Assembly (NCBI GenBank): GCA_951406725.2
Contig: OX597826.1
Coordinates: forward strand, 54,188,001-54,252,000
Reading direction: 5' to 3'
DNA length: 64,000 nt
From: Octopus vulgaris
Taxonomy: Eukaryota
Within the stretch, counting starts at the first letter, position 1. Each line of letters opens with the position of its first letter. The translations under genes and the position numbers were made by a program. The notes under the pieces are model-generated. The model was not told the DNA's origin. It saw nothing but the letters and a program-made list of their open reading frames with translations, and did no database searches. This document shows positions 1 to 14,645 of this stretch, in pieces.

Positions 1-47
1 TCCTTTCTTTCCTTATCAAACAAACTTAAACATACACTAACTCACAC

Positions 48-119
<72 letters not shown>

Positions 120-508
120 ATATACTGACACACGCACAGATATTAAAATGCAAACATTCACACATACATACAACACAGTTAATTTTACATACATACACAT
201 ACATAAGCATTCACATAATTTAAACCCTATTATCTCCCTTATACAAACTACACAACGTACAGCTATCTATGTCACATCTACCTCTAATTATATATAAATA
301 TATATATACACACACACACACATACATATTTATACACACACACAAGTGATGGGCAAAGGGAGTAACAGACCAAGCTTGTAGAAAGTTGTATGTATGCATG
401 TGTGTGTGTGTGTATGTGTGTGTATATATGTATATATCTATATATATATACATAAATACATATATATATATATCTATATATATATATATACACACACACA
501 TCTCTCTC

Positions 509-587
<79 letters not shown>

Positions 588-706
588 GTGTATATATATA
601 TATATATTTATATATATATACATATATATACATATACATACATACATACATATATATATATGCTAATAATATGTAGAATGTATATGTGAATGCATATATG
701 TGTATA

Positions 707-747
<41 letters not shown>

Positions 748-1279
748 CGCGTGTGAATGGGTGTGTGTAATATATACATATATATGTATACGCTCCTACA
801 CACTCACAGATCTCTCACTTCCTTCTCCCTTCAGTTTATCACTGCCCATATTTTATTGTGTAAACAAGATTTCATTACTAACGAGAGCCCTAAATGGCTT
901 TTTGACAATTCCTGTTTTATATATATAGTAAACACATTAGCAACAACTACATACACTAAACACACACACACACACACACATACACATACAGAAGCACACA
1001 CATATATCATTGAATGAATTGCTACAATATACATATAAACAAAACTCTAATATATCCCTATGCATCTTGTGTGTGTGTGTGTATGTGTGTGCGCATGAAT
1101 GAGTGCTTTATATTATCACCCACACATGCAGAACACATACACATATATATATACACACATACACTCATGAATACACCATGGTGTATCTTTATACTAAAGT
1201 ATTATTATATGAATGAATATATGAATGCATATATATACATAGATACATGCATACATACATACATACATACATACATACA

Positions 1280-1362
<83 letters not shown>

Positions 1363-2854
1363 ATGTGTGTATGTATATATCTATATGCGTGTGTGTGAGT
1401 GTGTGCATATAAGTACATCAAAATAACATTAACAAGAGTATTGCTAAGATACCAGAGATTATATATCATATACACACATCATTACTTGAGCTTCTCTTGA
1501 GTGAGTGTGTATGTATACATATATATATGTATATATATATGTGTGTGTGTGTGCATGTATATATACACATTTATATACATACATATGTACATATATACAC
1601 ATGTATATGCATACATACGTATTATGTATGTATGTATATATACACATACATATACATACATATGTATGTGTCTGTGTAAGAACATACATATATATAAGAA
1701 TACGTAAAACAATTTTTGTTGTTGTAATTGTATATGTATATACATATGTGTGCATATGTGTATGCATCTATAGATACACATATACATACATACATACATT
1801 ACATACAATACATACATGCAGCATATATATATATATATATGTTGCATACATACAAACATACATACATACATACACGCAAGCATGCATATATGTACATACA
1901 TACAAAACCACACATACATATATTTGCAATAACAACAACAATACTATCACAAAACCAAAAATAACAATGATAATAATGATAATAATAATAATAATAAGAA
2001 GAAGAAGAAGAAGAAGAAGAAGAAAAAGAAGAATAAAACACCCTTGAGCCATCAACTGGCTTGTAAGAAGGAGAACAAGAAGAGGAAAAAGAAAAAGAAG
2101 TAACGGAAAGAAAAGGAGAAAATGAAGAAAGATATGAAAAAACAAGCGAGAAAGGAAAATATTGAATAAGAAGAATAAGAATAATAAATTGAAAGAAAAA
2201 AATATATTGAAGCTGAAGGAAAATATAAAGAAAAAGAAAAGGAAAAAAAAAAGTAGATGCAAAACAAAAAAAAAAAAAAAAGAAAGAAGGAGAAGAAGAG
2301 GAGTAAATGGAGATAGGAAAAGAAAAATAATTAAGAAGAAGATATTAAGTGCCAATAATTCTTCAGCTTGTGTTTCAGTACAATCATTTAGTCTATTAAG
2401 ATGTCAGTGGAATTTCCTGAAGATTGAGACAATAAAACTTTTGGTTCTTCTGATGAAGAATTGTTTTATGAGAGATGGTTGATGGAATCATTATTGCTTT
2501 CATTCCTCTCTCATCACTTTAAGTTGTTTGAGATTTGATACGTAGGTATAGAGGCTGGTATAGCTGAGTGGTTAAGAAGCTGGGTTCTTAACTATAAAGC
2601 GGTGGTGAGTGTTTCTGGCTCAAGTCTACCAACTGGCATTTTGGGCAAGTGCTTTTTTTTCCTTTTCCCCATAACCTTGGGTTAACACATGCAATAATTA
2701 AATTTAGAAAAATTAAAAGAAAAGATTTTTTAAAAGAATATTTGTATAGTGTTCAAATACAAGTGGCATTTTCCTTGTTTCTGCCTGCCTCTGTCTCTAT
2801 TTTAACGTGTATAAGGAACCCCATTTTTATAAAAAATTATGTTAAAAAAATATT

Positions 2855-3213
2855 GTGGTTATGTAGCAAACAACTTGCTTCCTAACCACATTGTTCTGGG
2901 TTCAGTTCTACTGAATGGCACCTTGGACAAATGACTTTCGTTATAGCCTTAGGCTGACCAAAGCCTTGTGAGTGGATTTAGTAGACAGATCCTGAAAGAA
3001 ACCTGTCATATATGTGTATGTGTGTCTATGCATTTGTCCCCCACCAGTGCTTGACAACCAGTGTTGGTGCATTCACATCCCCATAACTTAGTGGTTCAGA
3101 TAGAATATAAGTACCAGGTTTAAAAAAAAAGTCCTAGACTCAATATATTCAACAACAGATTCTTCAAGGCAGTTTCCTGGCATGGTCACAGTCTAATGAC
3201 TGAAACAAGTAAA

Positions 3214-3217
<4 letters not shown>
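2855..3217 (+). mobile_element. tRNA-derived SINE family A, decayed copy
   Basis: Shares accacatggttc..gggttcagt head, gtgagtggattt body and gactgaaacaagtaaaag tail with the copy at 40749. Confidence 0.8.
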
Positions 3218-3257
<40 letters not shown>

Positions 3258-3302
3258 AAAAACAAGTCAAGATAGAAAATGCTAAAATAATTTTATAAAG
3301 AA

Positions 3303-3348
3303 CATTTCAGTACCGGTTTCAGTCATTGAGACTTTTTCAACTGTAACA
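3303..3348 (-). ncRNA. Minimal hammerhead motif, U3-A8 core
   Basis: Minus strand TTACAG-TTGAAAA-AGTC tcaat GACT-GAAA-CCGG-TA-CTGAAA; palindromic stem III ACCGGU, GUA triplet. Confidence 0.62.
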
Positions 3349-3944
3349 ATTAAATAATTAAATTTAGAAAAATTAAAAGAAAAGTTTTTTTTTAAAGAAT
3401 ATTTGTATAGTGTTCAAATACAAGTGTCATTTTCCTTGTTTCTGCCTGCCTCTGTCTCTATTTTAACGTGTATAAGGAACCCCTTTTTTGTCAAAAATTA
3501 TGTTAAAAAAATATGGGTGTTTCTTATACATGGATAGTATTATTATCACTTACAAAATCTTTTCTCCAAATTTTAAGCCCCAAAATTTAGGGGGTTCCTT
3601 ATACACGTTAAAATATGATAAAATATGATATATATATATATATATATATATAATGTACCCTCATCATCATCATTTAAAGTCTGCTTTCCATGTGAGCAAA
3701 AGTTAGATTATTTGATAGGAGTAGGTGAGCCAGAGGACTGAACCAAGATATGTATGTATGTAGCTTCAGGGTACAATTGAGGAAGGGTGAAAGAGAGGCA
3801 GACAGAGAAAATCCTGGTTTAACAACATGAAAGACTAGACAGGTTACAACACAATGAACCTGCTATACATGGCGATGAATGACTATGAAAGCCAATGATT
3901 GGCTGCATCAGTTAAGGGATCTTGATGGTGAGGATAATGATTAT

Positions 3945-4550
3945 ATATCATCATTGTCATCATTTAACGTCCATTGTCCATGCTGGCATGGGTTGGACGG
4001 TTTGATCAGGGCTGGTAGGCTGGAAGGCTGCACCAGACTCCAGTCTGATTTGGCATGGTTTTCTACAGCTGAATGCCCTTCTTGATGCCAACCACTCTGA
4101 GACTGTGATGGGTGCTTTTACATGCCACTGGCACAGGTGCCATTTGTGTGACACTGGTATCTGTCATGATTGCAATTTTGCTTGGCTTGATGGGTCTTCT
4201 TCTCAAGCACTCCATAATGCCAAAGGTTTCAGTCATTGCCTCTGTGAGGCCCAACACTCTAAAGGAACTCAGTCACTTTGCCTCCATGAGGCCCAACGCT
4301 CAAAAGGAACTCAAGCCACTTTGTCTTCATGAAGCCCAACACTTGAAAGGATCTAGGGTTACTTTGCTTCTGTGAGGCCCAGGCCTAATGCTTGAAAGGA
4401 ACTCAGCCACTTTGCCTCTGTGAGGCCCAACACTCAAAAGGAACTCAGCTACTTTGCCTCTGTAAGGCTCAATGCTTGAAAAGAACTCAGCCACTTTGCC
4501 TCCATGAAGCCCAATGCTCCAGCGGTGCTCTTTACGTGTCACCAATATGG
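3945..4550 (-). mobile_element. Family D repeat (RTE-type (GAT)n tail) with internal 42-bp tandem array
   Basis: catcatttaacgtcc..catgggttggac..gatgcccttc motifs; about 7 units of tcagccactttgcctctgtgaggcccaacactcaaaaggaac at 4230-4520. Confidence 0.75.
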
Positions 4551-4704
4551 GGGCTGTAAATCTGTTAGGTAAGGCATTTTCTTTCCAGCCACATGGTTCC
4601 AGGGTTCAGTACCACAGTATGGCATTAGGCCAGGGCTAAATAAAGTAAAGCCTTGTCATTTTGTGAATAGATTAGGTGGATAGAAACTAAAAGAAGTCTG
4701 CCAT

Positions 4705-4784
<80 letters not shown>

Positions 4785-4789
4785 CATAC

Positions 4790-5150
4790 CGGGCTTCACA
4801 TGCTGTGCTTGTGAAGACCTATTGAGCAGAGTGAAATTGCAGTCATGGCCGATGCCAGTGCCATCTGACTGGCACCCATGCCGACAGTATGTAAAAAGCA
4901 CCATTTAAGCATTGGGCCTTGTGGAGGCAGTGACAGGTGACCGAGATCTTTGGCAATATGCCATGATGTGTAGACATGTCAAGCCAAGTGAGACCATTGT
5001 CATGTCTGATGGTAGTGTCAAGTAAATGGCCCCTGTGACAGTGGCACATAAAAAGACACCCACTACACTATCAGAGTGGTTAGCATTAGGAAGGGCATCC
5101 AGCCATAGAAAAGTTGCCAAATCAGATTGGAACCTGGTGCAGCCACTCCT
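4790..5150 (+). mobile_element. Family D repeat
   Basis: gtggcacataaaa..cactacact..ttaggaagggcatccagc motifs. Confidence 0.7.
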
Positions 5151-5684
5151 AATGGACAACAATTAAATGGAACTGCATTATTGATTGACTACCTGCTGGG
5201 AATATGTACAGGTTCAAGCCTTGACTCAGAAGAAAAATGCAGAATATGTGCATAGAAGAGATCAAGAGGATGGTCAATGAATAATGATGGGATAGCAGCA
5301 TTATTTCCACTCTTAGAAATTACTGCTAGCAGCAACAAAAATCCCCTTATTCTACATTGTGTCATGTATTTCTGGCATCAAATTTTGACATTGTTCTTTG
5401 CATAATTTTGGTGCCCCAGCATGGCCACAGCTCGTGAGCTGAAACTAGATAAAATAAATAAAAATAAATAAATAGTTCACAGTGTTGTAGTAGAAGCTGC
5501 CATCCGTCTCACTACTATACAATCTCATTTGACTATGACAAAGCTATAGACATGCCTTCAGTTCATCACCTTATCACTTCCACCCCATGCCAACTCATTT
5601 CGCCACCTCTTCAAATATAAATATACCCTGAGCTGACTATTTTATCTTTCTTCAACATGTTTACTAGGCTGCAGCCTACCCTGC

Positions 5685-6180
5685 TAACAATATTTATACC
5701 TGTAACAAGCAATACACAATGTTCACATCTGCAACAGGCTTTTAACACCTGCTGCAAACCTTATACAATATGTACACCTGTAATAAGCATTACACAATGT
5801 TCATACATGCAACAAGCTTTTGATAATATTCCTGCCTATAGCTAAGTATTAAATAATGTTCACACCTGTTGTGAACCTTACAAAATGTTTACACCTGTAA
5901 TAAACAGGAAGCAATGTTAACACTTGCACCCAGCTTTTAACAATATTCACACATGTTACAGACACTAGCCAATGTTCACACTTATAACAAAACTTACAAT
6001 CACACCTGTAACAAGACTTACACTATCTTCACACCTGTAATGAGACATTATATTTTTTCTTTATTTCCTATAAAAGGTTACATAGAGGGGACAAACAAGG
6101 ACAGACAAGGGACATATAGTGGTCTTTACACCTCTAATAAGACTTACAATATGTTCACACCTGTAATAACACTTACATAA
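5685..6180. repeat. Degenerate ~28-bp minisatellite (acaatgttcacacctgtaa...)
   Basis: Recurrent ttcacacctgtaa core; interrupted near 6055-6120 by a SINE B tail fragment. Confidence 0.7.
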
Positions 6181-6223
6181 GCAATCTCAGTCATTATGAA
6201 TCATAAGAAAAAATATTCCTTAC

Positions 6224-6439
6224 CTACAATGATCCATATGAAGTAAAACAGAGAGATTATGTCACCCAGCACTTTGAACCGTTTCTTGTATCTTATGTCT
6301 GTGAAAAAGCGGATTTCTTTATCTAAGGTGAAATAGTTGAATAAGGAATACATTATGAAGAGTGACAAGGTGCAACCATTTATTATGGTGAATACTGGCA
6401 CGAAAACTTGTCCTGGACAGGAATGGCAGAAGTAACTAC
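6224..6439 (-). CDS. Coding exon of TMEM272-like membrane protein (GSYFCHSCPGQVFVPVFTIING...SLFYFIWIIVG)
   Basis: Acceptor cattacag|, donor TAG|GTAAGG, 216 nt, phase 1-1; CP-x4-P-hydrophobic-G and F-x-W-x3-G motifs recalled from the TMEM272 family; two hydrophobic helices. Confidence 0.8.
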
Positions 6440-7416
6440 CTGTAATGAGATGAAGAGGAAGGAGAAAACAAAGAATTAGAAAACAGTCTGTTTTAGTAGA
6501 AGTAACAATACCAGCATAACCACCACCACCACCACTCACCACCACCACCACTCACCACCACCACCACTCACCACCACCACCACTCACCACCACCACCACT
6601 ACCACCATCATCAACACCACAGCCTCCACAACAACAGCAACAGTGGAGGTGCAATGGCCCAGTGGTTAGGGCAGTGGACTCGCGGTCGTAAGAACATGGT
6701 TTCAATTCCCAGACCAGGCACTATGAGTGTTTATTGAGCAAAAACACCCAAGCTCCATGAGGCTCCGGCGGGGAGAGGTGGTGAACCCCGTTGTACTCTT
6801 TCACCACAACTTTCTCTCACTCTTTCTTCCTACTGCTGCCACATAGCAGAGGAACCATGGTGTAACCCACTATGGTGTGGTAAACTTTCAGACCCTAGTC
6901 TAGATTGCGAATCCTCTGTACCCCAGGATGGTTCAGCTCTCCACCCATTAAAAGCCACCGTTTACGGAATGAGGATAACAATGTAGCTTTCACACCCATG
7001 CAACCGCCAGTCCATCGCTTGTGGTGGGTGGATCTTCAAGTTGCCACATGCATTCTTAGTAGTTTTGAATAGGCTCTAATTAGAGATTATTCTTTGTGGC
7101 TAATGGCATGAGTCCTGATTGGAAGAAAAAGAAGAAGAACAACAACAGCAACAAGGAAATACCTATGTGGTTGGTTAACCTGTTAGAGATAACAGTTGAA
7201 TTTTTCTTTAAATCTCACTCGTCTATCTTGGATAAAGATGGGGCATAATAACTGCCATAGTACTATAAAGACAGGATTGTCACTATTGGAGTATCTTTGA
7301 TTTGTCATTGATTTGCTCAGTCAGGGTTGACCTGTTGGATAAACTTTTACAATTACCACTACTACTATGATGATGATGATGATGTTGGTGATATTAATGA
7401 TGACCACCATCACCAC

Positions 7417-7661
7417 TTTGGTAACAATCTAACTATAGAACCCTATGCTCATCAGTGGTAGCTGATATGAAATGGAATATGGTGACTGCTCTTTATTGAT
7501 GAAAGGGATATCCTCTACCTGGTCCCTATAATCATTTTTTCACAGCAACCACAAACCAGAATTGTCCTTTCACCTCCAACAATAGAGAGTACTTGCCATA
7601 TTTCATTCCATATTCGCTACCTCTGATGAGTGTAGGGTTATATAATCAGATTGTTACCAAA
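7417..7661. repeat. Inverted repeat, ~66-bp arms (7417-7482 / 7596-7661)
   Basis: tttggtaacaatct...gaatatgg versus ccatatt...agattgttaccaaa, roughly 80% complementary. Confidence 0.85.
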
Positions 7662-8312
7662 CACTCTGTTGCACCCCTAGCGTGAAACTGATTGGTAATA
7701 TCAGCCATGATGAATATATAATACTGTACATTTTGGATAATATATTCACTCTATTGACAGATATACGAGTGCATTTTCCCTGACTTAAAGACTTTTAGAG
7801 GACATGTATATACATATATATATAAATAATAAAAGGGTAAAATTTATTAATTAAATTAATTAATCAATCAATCAATAAATTAATAATTTCACCAAGTAGC
7901 TCGGTACGTTAACCTTTATAGGTGAAATTACACAAATTTTTTATAATTATAAACATAATTATAATTAGGGTTCAGTTAATTGCTTCACCACGTACCAAAT
8001 TTAGAAATAGGAGTTAAGATTCCTTTTCTACTACTATAAGAATCTCCATGACTGTAACATGCTCTTTTAGGAAAGCAAAGAGAAAAACAATGAATCAACA
8101 TGACCAGGATTAACTACATATGCGTTTTGAGATTAAAGTGATTTAAATTTTATTTACTTCTCTCTTCAGTATAATATTTCCAATTTTATAAAATTTGAAA
8201 GTGCTAGCAGTGAATATGCTCACAATCGAGTGACATCATGTTACATGATGTTGCTTGATCGTGTGCAAATTTATATGTCCCAGCCCTAAGGTTGTGTTCA
8301 TGCTATTTATAT

Positions 8313-8580
8313 ATCATCATCAGCATTTAGCGTCTGCTTTCCATGCTAGCATGGGTTGGACGGTTCAACTGGGGTCTGGGAAGCCAGAAGGCTGCACCAG
8401 GCCCAGTCTGATCTGGCAATGTTTCTACGGCTGGATGCCCTTCCTAACGCCAACCACTCCGTGAGTGTAGTGGGTGCTTTTTACGTGCCAGACGGGGCTG
8501 GCAAACGGCCACGGTCAAATGATGCTTTTTACGTGCCACCGGCACGGGGGCGAGGCGAGGCTGGGAACGGCCATGATTGG
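8313..8580 (-). mobile_element. Family D repeat
   Basis: Closely matches the copy at 53142-53570. Confidence 0.8.
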
Positions 8581-9128
8581 ATATATGTATACACACACAC
8601 ACAAATACATATGCATTCATATATATAATATGCTATGGACAAAATTTGACATAGTTTCAGACAAACTAGTTCTTTTCATATTATTTTATTATATCTATTG
8701 AACAAACAAGTAAACAAACACACAACACTTTCTTTATTCCTACTGCACCTAGCAATACAGCTTCCGCCTATGACAGCATGGGCAAAATATTCACTTTTCC
8801 CACCTGCATTTTTTAAAGTTCCGGTGCTTTCACCAATGGCGTCTCAAGACCAACCATGAAAGAAAAGACCATAAAATAAAGTCATGGAAAGAGTAAAATG
8901 TGTCATTGTTGTTGTATTTGTTAGAATTTAGTTTTTATTTATATACATGGACTTATGCACACACACACACTCACGCACACATGTATGTATATATACACAC
9001 ACACACACACAGACATATATATGTATATATACATCTACATACATATCTATCAACATATCATCATTATCATCATCATCGTTTAATATATACATATATATAT
9101 TTGTGTATATGTATATGTATACATATTT

Positions 9129-9168
<40 letters not shown>

Positions 9169-9297
9169 CTATCTATATATATATATGTACATACATATCT
9201 GTACATATACATATTTATATATATATACATATCAATCTATCTATCTGTCTGTCTGTCTATCTCTCTATGTATACATACATATCTATCTATCTGTTTG

Positions 9298-9447
<150 letters not shown>

Positions 9448-9457
9448 TACTTATCTG

Positions 9458-10042
9458 GAGTTTTGTTAGTCGCTCACTCAACTGCACTCCACACATGATA
9501 ATGAAGGGGGTTGCAGTCTGGGGAGTAGAGTAGCCAGATGTTAGGGATGATGTGGTCTCGGAAATTGTCTGACAGTCATGACTGTGTTCATCTATTTGTG
9601 TAGCATGGTGCAGAGCCCTGTTGTTAGACATAGGGTCTTCCAGCAGCCACCCTTTTGATCCACAGCAACACTACCTTCTCCAGGCACTTGACGTAGGCCT
9701 CCATGTGGGAAAATGAATGGAAGCATAGCATTGCCATCGCTAGTGATCACTCCAAACACCATGATGTTGAGTGGATGTTTGATTTTTATCACTCTTGGTA
9801 CATGTCTTCAGATTGACACCCAAACACTCAGAACTGGTTGTATTAGATCTTCCAGCACAAATACCAAGCAAAACAACATGTCATTTCTAAATTTCTGGCA
9901 GACTGAATTGTGCCATGGTACTGTGTTTCTTGCAGATGCTGCTCTACTGACCCTACAATACTATGTAGGCGACAAAATCAGAAACAGTGTGCATGCACAA
10001 GATTAAAAATATAAGATGGCATCAATTTACCATCACACACTG
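9458..10042 (-). mobile_element. Internally deleted Tc1/mariner (maT/DD37D-like) transposon relic
   Basis: Minus translation KHPLNIMVFGVITSDG..PFIFPHG / [30 protein letters not shown]...SPDCNP..VWSAVE, with stops; decayed N-terminal HTH; left end TA|CAGTGTGTG at 10042. Confidence 0.85.
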
Positions 10043-10046
10043 TATG

Positions 10047-10096
<50 letters not shown>

Positions 10097-10389
10097 CTAT
10101 ATAAATATTTATATCTACACACACACACACACAAACACATATATATATATATATATATATATAGATATGTACACAGACACAGATATATAGATACGTGTGC
10201 AATTGTATGTGTGCTTTGTGTGTGTATGTCTAAGGTGTTTTATATAGCACTTTTGATATTAATATTTAAATTTGTCGGAAGAGTCTGTCAAAGACATGCC
10301 TGAAGACAGTCATCAGGAAATCTGTTGCAGACATATTATGACACCAACAGATTCTTTGGAACAAAGATATTCTTTGAATTGATACTATA

Positions 10390-10500
10390 TTTTTATAGAA
10401 ACAGACATATATGTATATAAATATTCTGACACACGCACATGCATACATGAACATATATATATATATATATATACATATATATGTACATATATATGTATAC

Positions 10501-10531
<31 letters not shown>

Positions 10532-10538
10532 CATAAAA

Positions 10539-10584
<46 letters not shown>

Positions 10585-10610
10585 GTACATACATATACAT
10601 GTATATACAT

Positions 10611-10641
<31 letters not shown>

Positions 10642-11352
10642 CATATATATATACATACATATATATATATTTATATATATATATATATATACATACATAC
10701 ATACTTATATACATACATATATATACATCTATATATATATATACATACATAAATATATACATCTATATATATATATACATACATAAATATATACATCTAT
10801 ATATATACATATATATATACATACATATATACATACATACATTTATATATACATTTATATATACATACATACATATATATATATATACATATATTTACAT
10901 ATACATATATATATACATACATTTATATATACATATTTATAGATATACATATATATATGTATACATAAATATTTATATATATATATATATACATTGACAT
11001 TTATATATACATATATACAATTACATATATATAATTACATACATATAATTACATACATACATATATATATATATGTGTATATGTATATATATATAGATAT
11101 AGATATAGATGTACTCATTTTTTTTTTTTTGGTTTGGTTCAGTCATTTGACTGCAGTCATGCTGGAGCACTGCATTTAGTTAAGCAAATCGACCCAGCCC
11201 TTATTCTTTGTAAGCTTAGTACTTAGTCTATCATTCTCTATTGTTGAACCGCTACATTACAGGGATGTAAACACACCAGCATCGGTTGTTAAGCGATGTT
11301 GTGGGGATAAACACTGGCACGCAAACATAGTCATACGTATATATGTATATAT

Positions 11353-11399
<47 letters not shown>

Positions 11400-11726
11400 C
11401 ATGTACATATATACACACATACATATATATACACATATACATACATATATACATACATATACATACATGCATACATATATACATGTATATTTATACACAT
11501 ACATATATATACATATATATACATACATATATATGCATATATATATATACATACATATATATATACATACATGCATATATGCATGCATACATATATATAT
11601 ACACATACATACATATATATACACATACATACATACATATATATATATACATATATATGCATACATATGTATATATGTATACATACATATGTATATATAT
11701 ATACATATGTATATATATATGTATAT

Positions 11727-11773
<47 letters not shown>

Positions 11774-11926
11774 ATACATATATATATATATATATATACA
11801 TACATATGTATATATACATGTACATATATACATATATATGTATATATATATGTTTCATAAATACATAGATATATATGTATATATATATATACATATAGAT
11901 AGATAGATACATACATACATATATAT

Positions 11927-11985
<59 letters not shown>

Positions 11986-12069
11986 TATACTCATATGTAT
12001 ATACATATACATACACACACATACACAGACACACACAGAGACACACACACACACTCACAGACACACACA

Positions 12070-12111
<42 letters not shown>

Positions 12112-12150
12112 TATATATTTATATATATATATACGTAATATATGTATATT
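10390..12150. repeat. Long compound (TA)/(CA)/(TACA) microsatellite field
   Basis: Direct reading; similar fields at 30-790, 1490-1925, 8950-9450, 13330-13740, 51835-52495, 54010-54600. Confidence 0.95.
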
Positions 12151-12404
12151 TATGTAATACTTGTATATATAGTGAAGTAGAGCCAACAGAAAGAGTGATT
12201 TCTTCTTTTTAAATATGTGGTTTATTGCTGGAGGTGTTGTCAGTGTGCATTCGACTTCTTTTCTTCCTTCTTGCTTCTGTTCACTCTTTAGTTCTATGTT
12301 TCTACCTTTCCATTTCCCATCTCAGTCAATCTATTGCATTCTTTGCCTCAATACACTTGTACGTGTGCTTTGTGTGTCTTCTCGATCGCATGCATGGATG
12401 CACG

Positions 12405-12446
<42 letters not shown>

Positions 12447-12556
12447 CATACACACACCCATCTATTTACTTGTAATTTATATATCTCCCTTTGCACATCT
12501 CTTTTTCATTACCCACACTCGTGCACAAACACACACCCACAGACACAGACACACAG

Positions 12557-12587
<31 letters not shown>

Positions 12588-13655
12588 TATTTATTGTATA
12601 TGTATGTATATATATATATATATTTATAAATGTATTAATGTATAATGTATATACAAATGTCTTTATACCCACATATACATATATACATACATGCATACAT
12701 ACACATACATACATACACATACATACATATGCATGCATATATGTGCATATACACGTTCAGAAGCACATTGTCAATATGTGTATGTATGTATGTATGTATG
12801 TATATACATATATATATTCATGGACATATATGTGTCTGTCTATTTACCTGTCTGCTTCAGATGAATCCCTTAATTCTGTGTGTGTGTGTTAGTGTGTTAG
12901 TGTGTATGTGTGTGTTAATGTGTGTGTGTGTGTGTGTGTGTATAATTTTATATCTATGTACATTTGTCAATACACTATATTTCATACGTATTGATACAGT
13001 TTGAGTGATTACTCAGCTATCTTTTACCTTTCTTGTCTACTTCCATTTTGTGTGTGTGTATGTCTGTGTATGGAGATTGTATACATAAATGTGTGTGTGT
13101 GTGTGTGTGTTTGAGTGATGGTATGTATAAATTTGTATGTGCTTGTGATTACGTGTTCCTATTGGTAGACTACATTCAATATTCGCTGTTCACCTGCTGG
13201 AATCATTGAAACTCTGCTAAAGAAGAATTAGTGAAGCATGGCTGTATCTATGGAATCAAAAAGTTTGTAGCATACTTAGGAATTACACTAAGTTTTTGAA
13301 GAACATAGTGACTATTTCACTTATTCATTCATTTATATATATATTGTGTGTGTGTGTGTGTATAAATATATATACACGTATATATATATATATACATGTA
13401 TATAAATAAACATATATATATACATGTATATAAATAAATATATATACATGTATATAAGTAAATATATATATATATGTGTATATAAATATCTATATATATG
13501 TGTGTTCTTAAATATCTATATATACGTATATATAAATATATATCTATATATATGTGTGTGCATATAAATATATATGTATATACACACATGTATATAAAAA
13601 ATATATATGTATGTATAAATATATATATATATATGTATATATACATGTATATGTA

Positions 13656-13686
<31 letters not shown>

Positions 13687-14308
13687 GTGTGTATATATGT
13701 GTATTTAAATGATTATATATGATATGCATATATATATATAAGTCTATATAGATTAATGTACATGCATAACTAAAGTAAAGTACTTTCTCAGTCTATGGAT
13801 AATCTGTGAATAAGTTCATGTATATATGTTTAGTTAATATATACATACTTACGTGTGTGTGTGTGTGTTTGTGTGCATGTACATTATAGTATATTTGAAT
13901 AATACAGCAGACAGAGCAATAAAAGCTATGAGACAGTCATGGTAAGATTGGAAGTTCATGGGGAGCAGAGAAAAGCATGATAGAACCAAAAAAAAAAAAT
14001 GATAGATATCAGACATTCTTAGCAATAAGGAAGACAGAAAGAAACAGCTTTGTAATGTTCTGTGATGCTGGGATTACCGGCATAAGGTGTTTGATCGTTG
14101 GGTAGTGTACCAGAGAGAAGTGAGATGTTGTCGGGAGAGATGTGAGGATGGAATGCTAGTGAAACACTTGTTTGTACTGATGTTGAAAGGAAAGGAGTAT
14201 TGATGGCTGTTGAATGTAGAGGAATGTATGAAAGAGTCCACCTCATGTGGACCTAAGAAGAAAAGCAGTAATCTAATGTGATCTCATGTGAAAATGCAGT
14301 AATCTAAT

Positions 14309-14645
14309 GTGAAGGCACCTGGCTCAGTGGTTAGAGCGTCGAGCTTACGATCGTGAGGTTGTGAGTTCGAATCCCGGACCGAGCTGCGTGTTGTGTTCTT
14401 GAGCAAGACACTTTATTTCACGTTGCTCCAGTTCACTCATCTGTAGAAATGAGTTGCGACGTCACAGGTGCCAAGCTGTATCGGCCTTTGCCTTTCCCTT
14501 GGACAACACTGGTGGCATGGAGAAGGGAGGCTAGTATGCATGGGCAACTGCTGGTCTTCCATAAACAACCTTGCCAGGACTTGTGCCTGGGAGGGTAACT
14601 TCCTAGGTGCAATCCCATGGTCAGTCATGACTGAAGGGGGTCTCA
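14309..14645 (+). mobile_element. tRNA-derived SINE family C, near full length
   Basis: A box TGGCTCAGTGG, B box GTTCGAATCC; same family at 19748-20048 (-) and 47405-47716 (-); related heads at 6645, 21268, 44107, 46585, 48219. Confidence 0.85.

Larger units (their letters stand above)
2693..3514. repeat. ~160-bp direct repeat (2693-2853 and 3353-3514) bracketing a SINE and (TA)n
   Basis: Both read aataattaaatttagaaaaattaaaagaaaag...gttaaaaaaatat with few differences. Confidence 0.85.

Noticed and set aside
2380-2417. Possible terminal exon GNSTDILID* on the minus strand
   Set aside because: Acceptor is plausible but the peptide lacks the expected further helix; unsupported.
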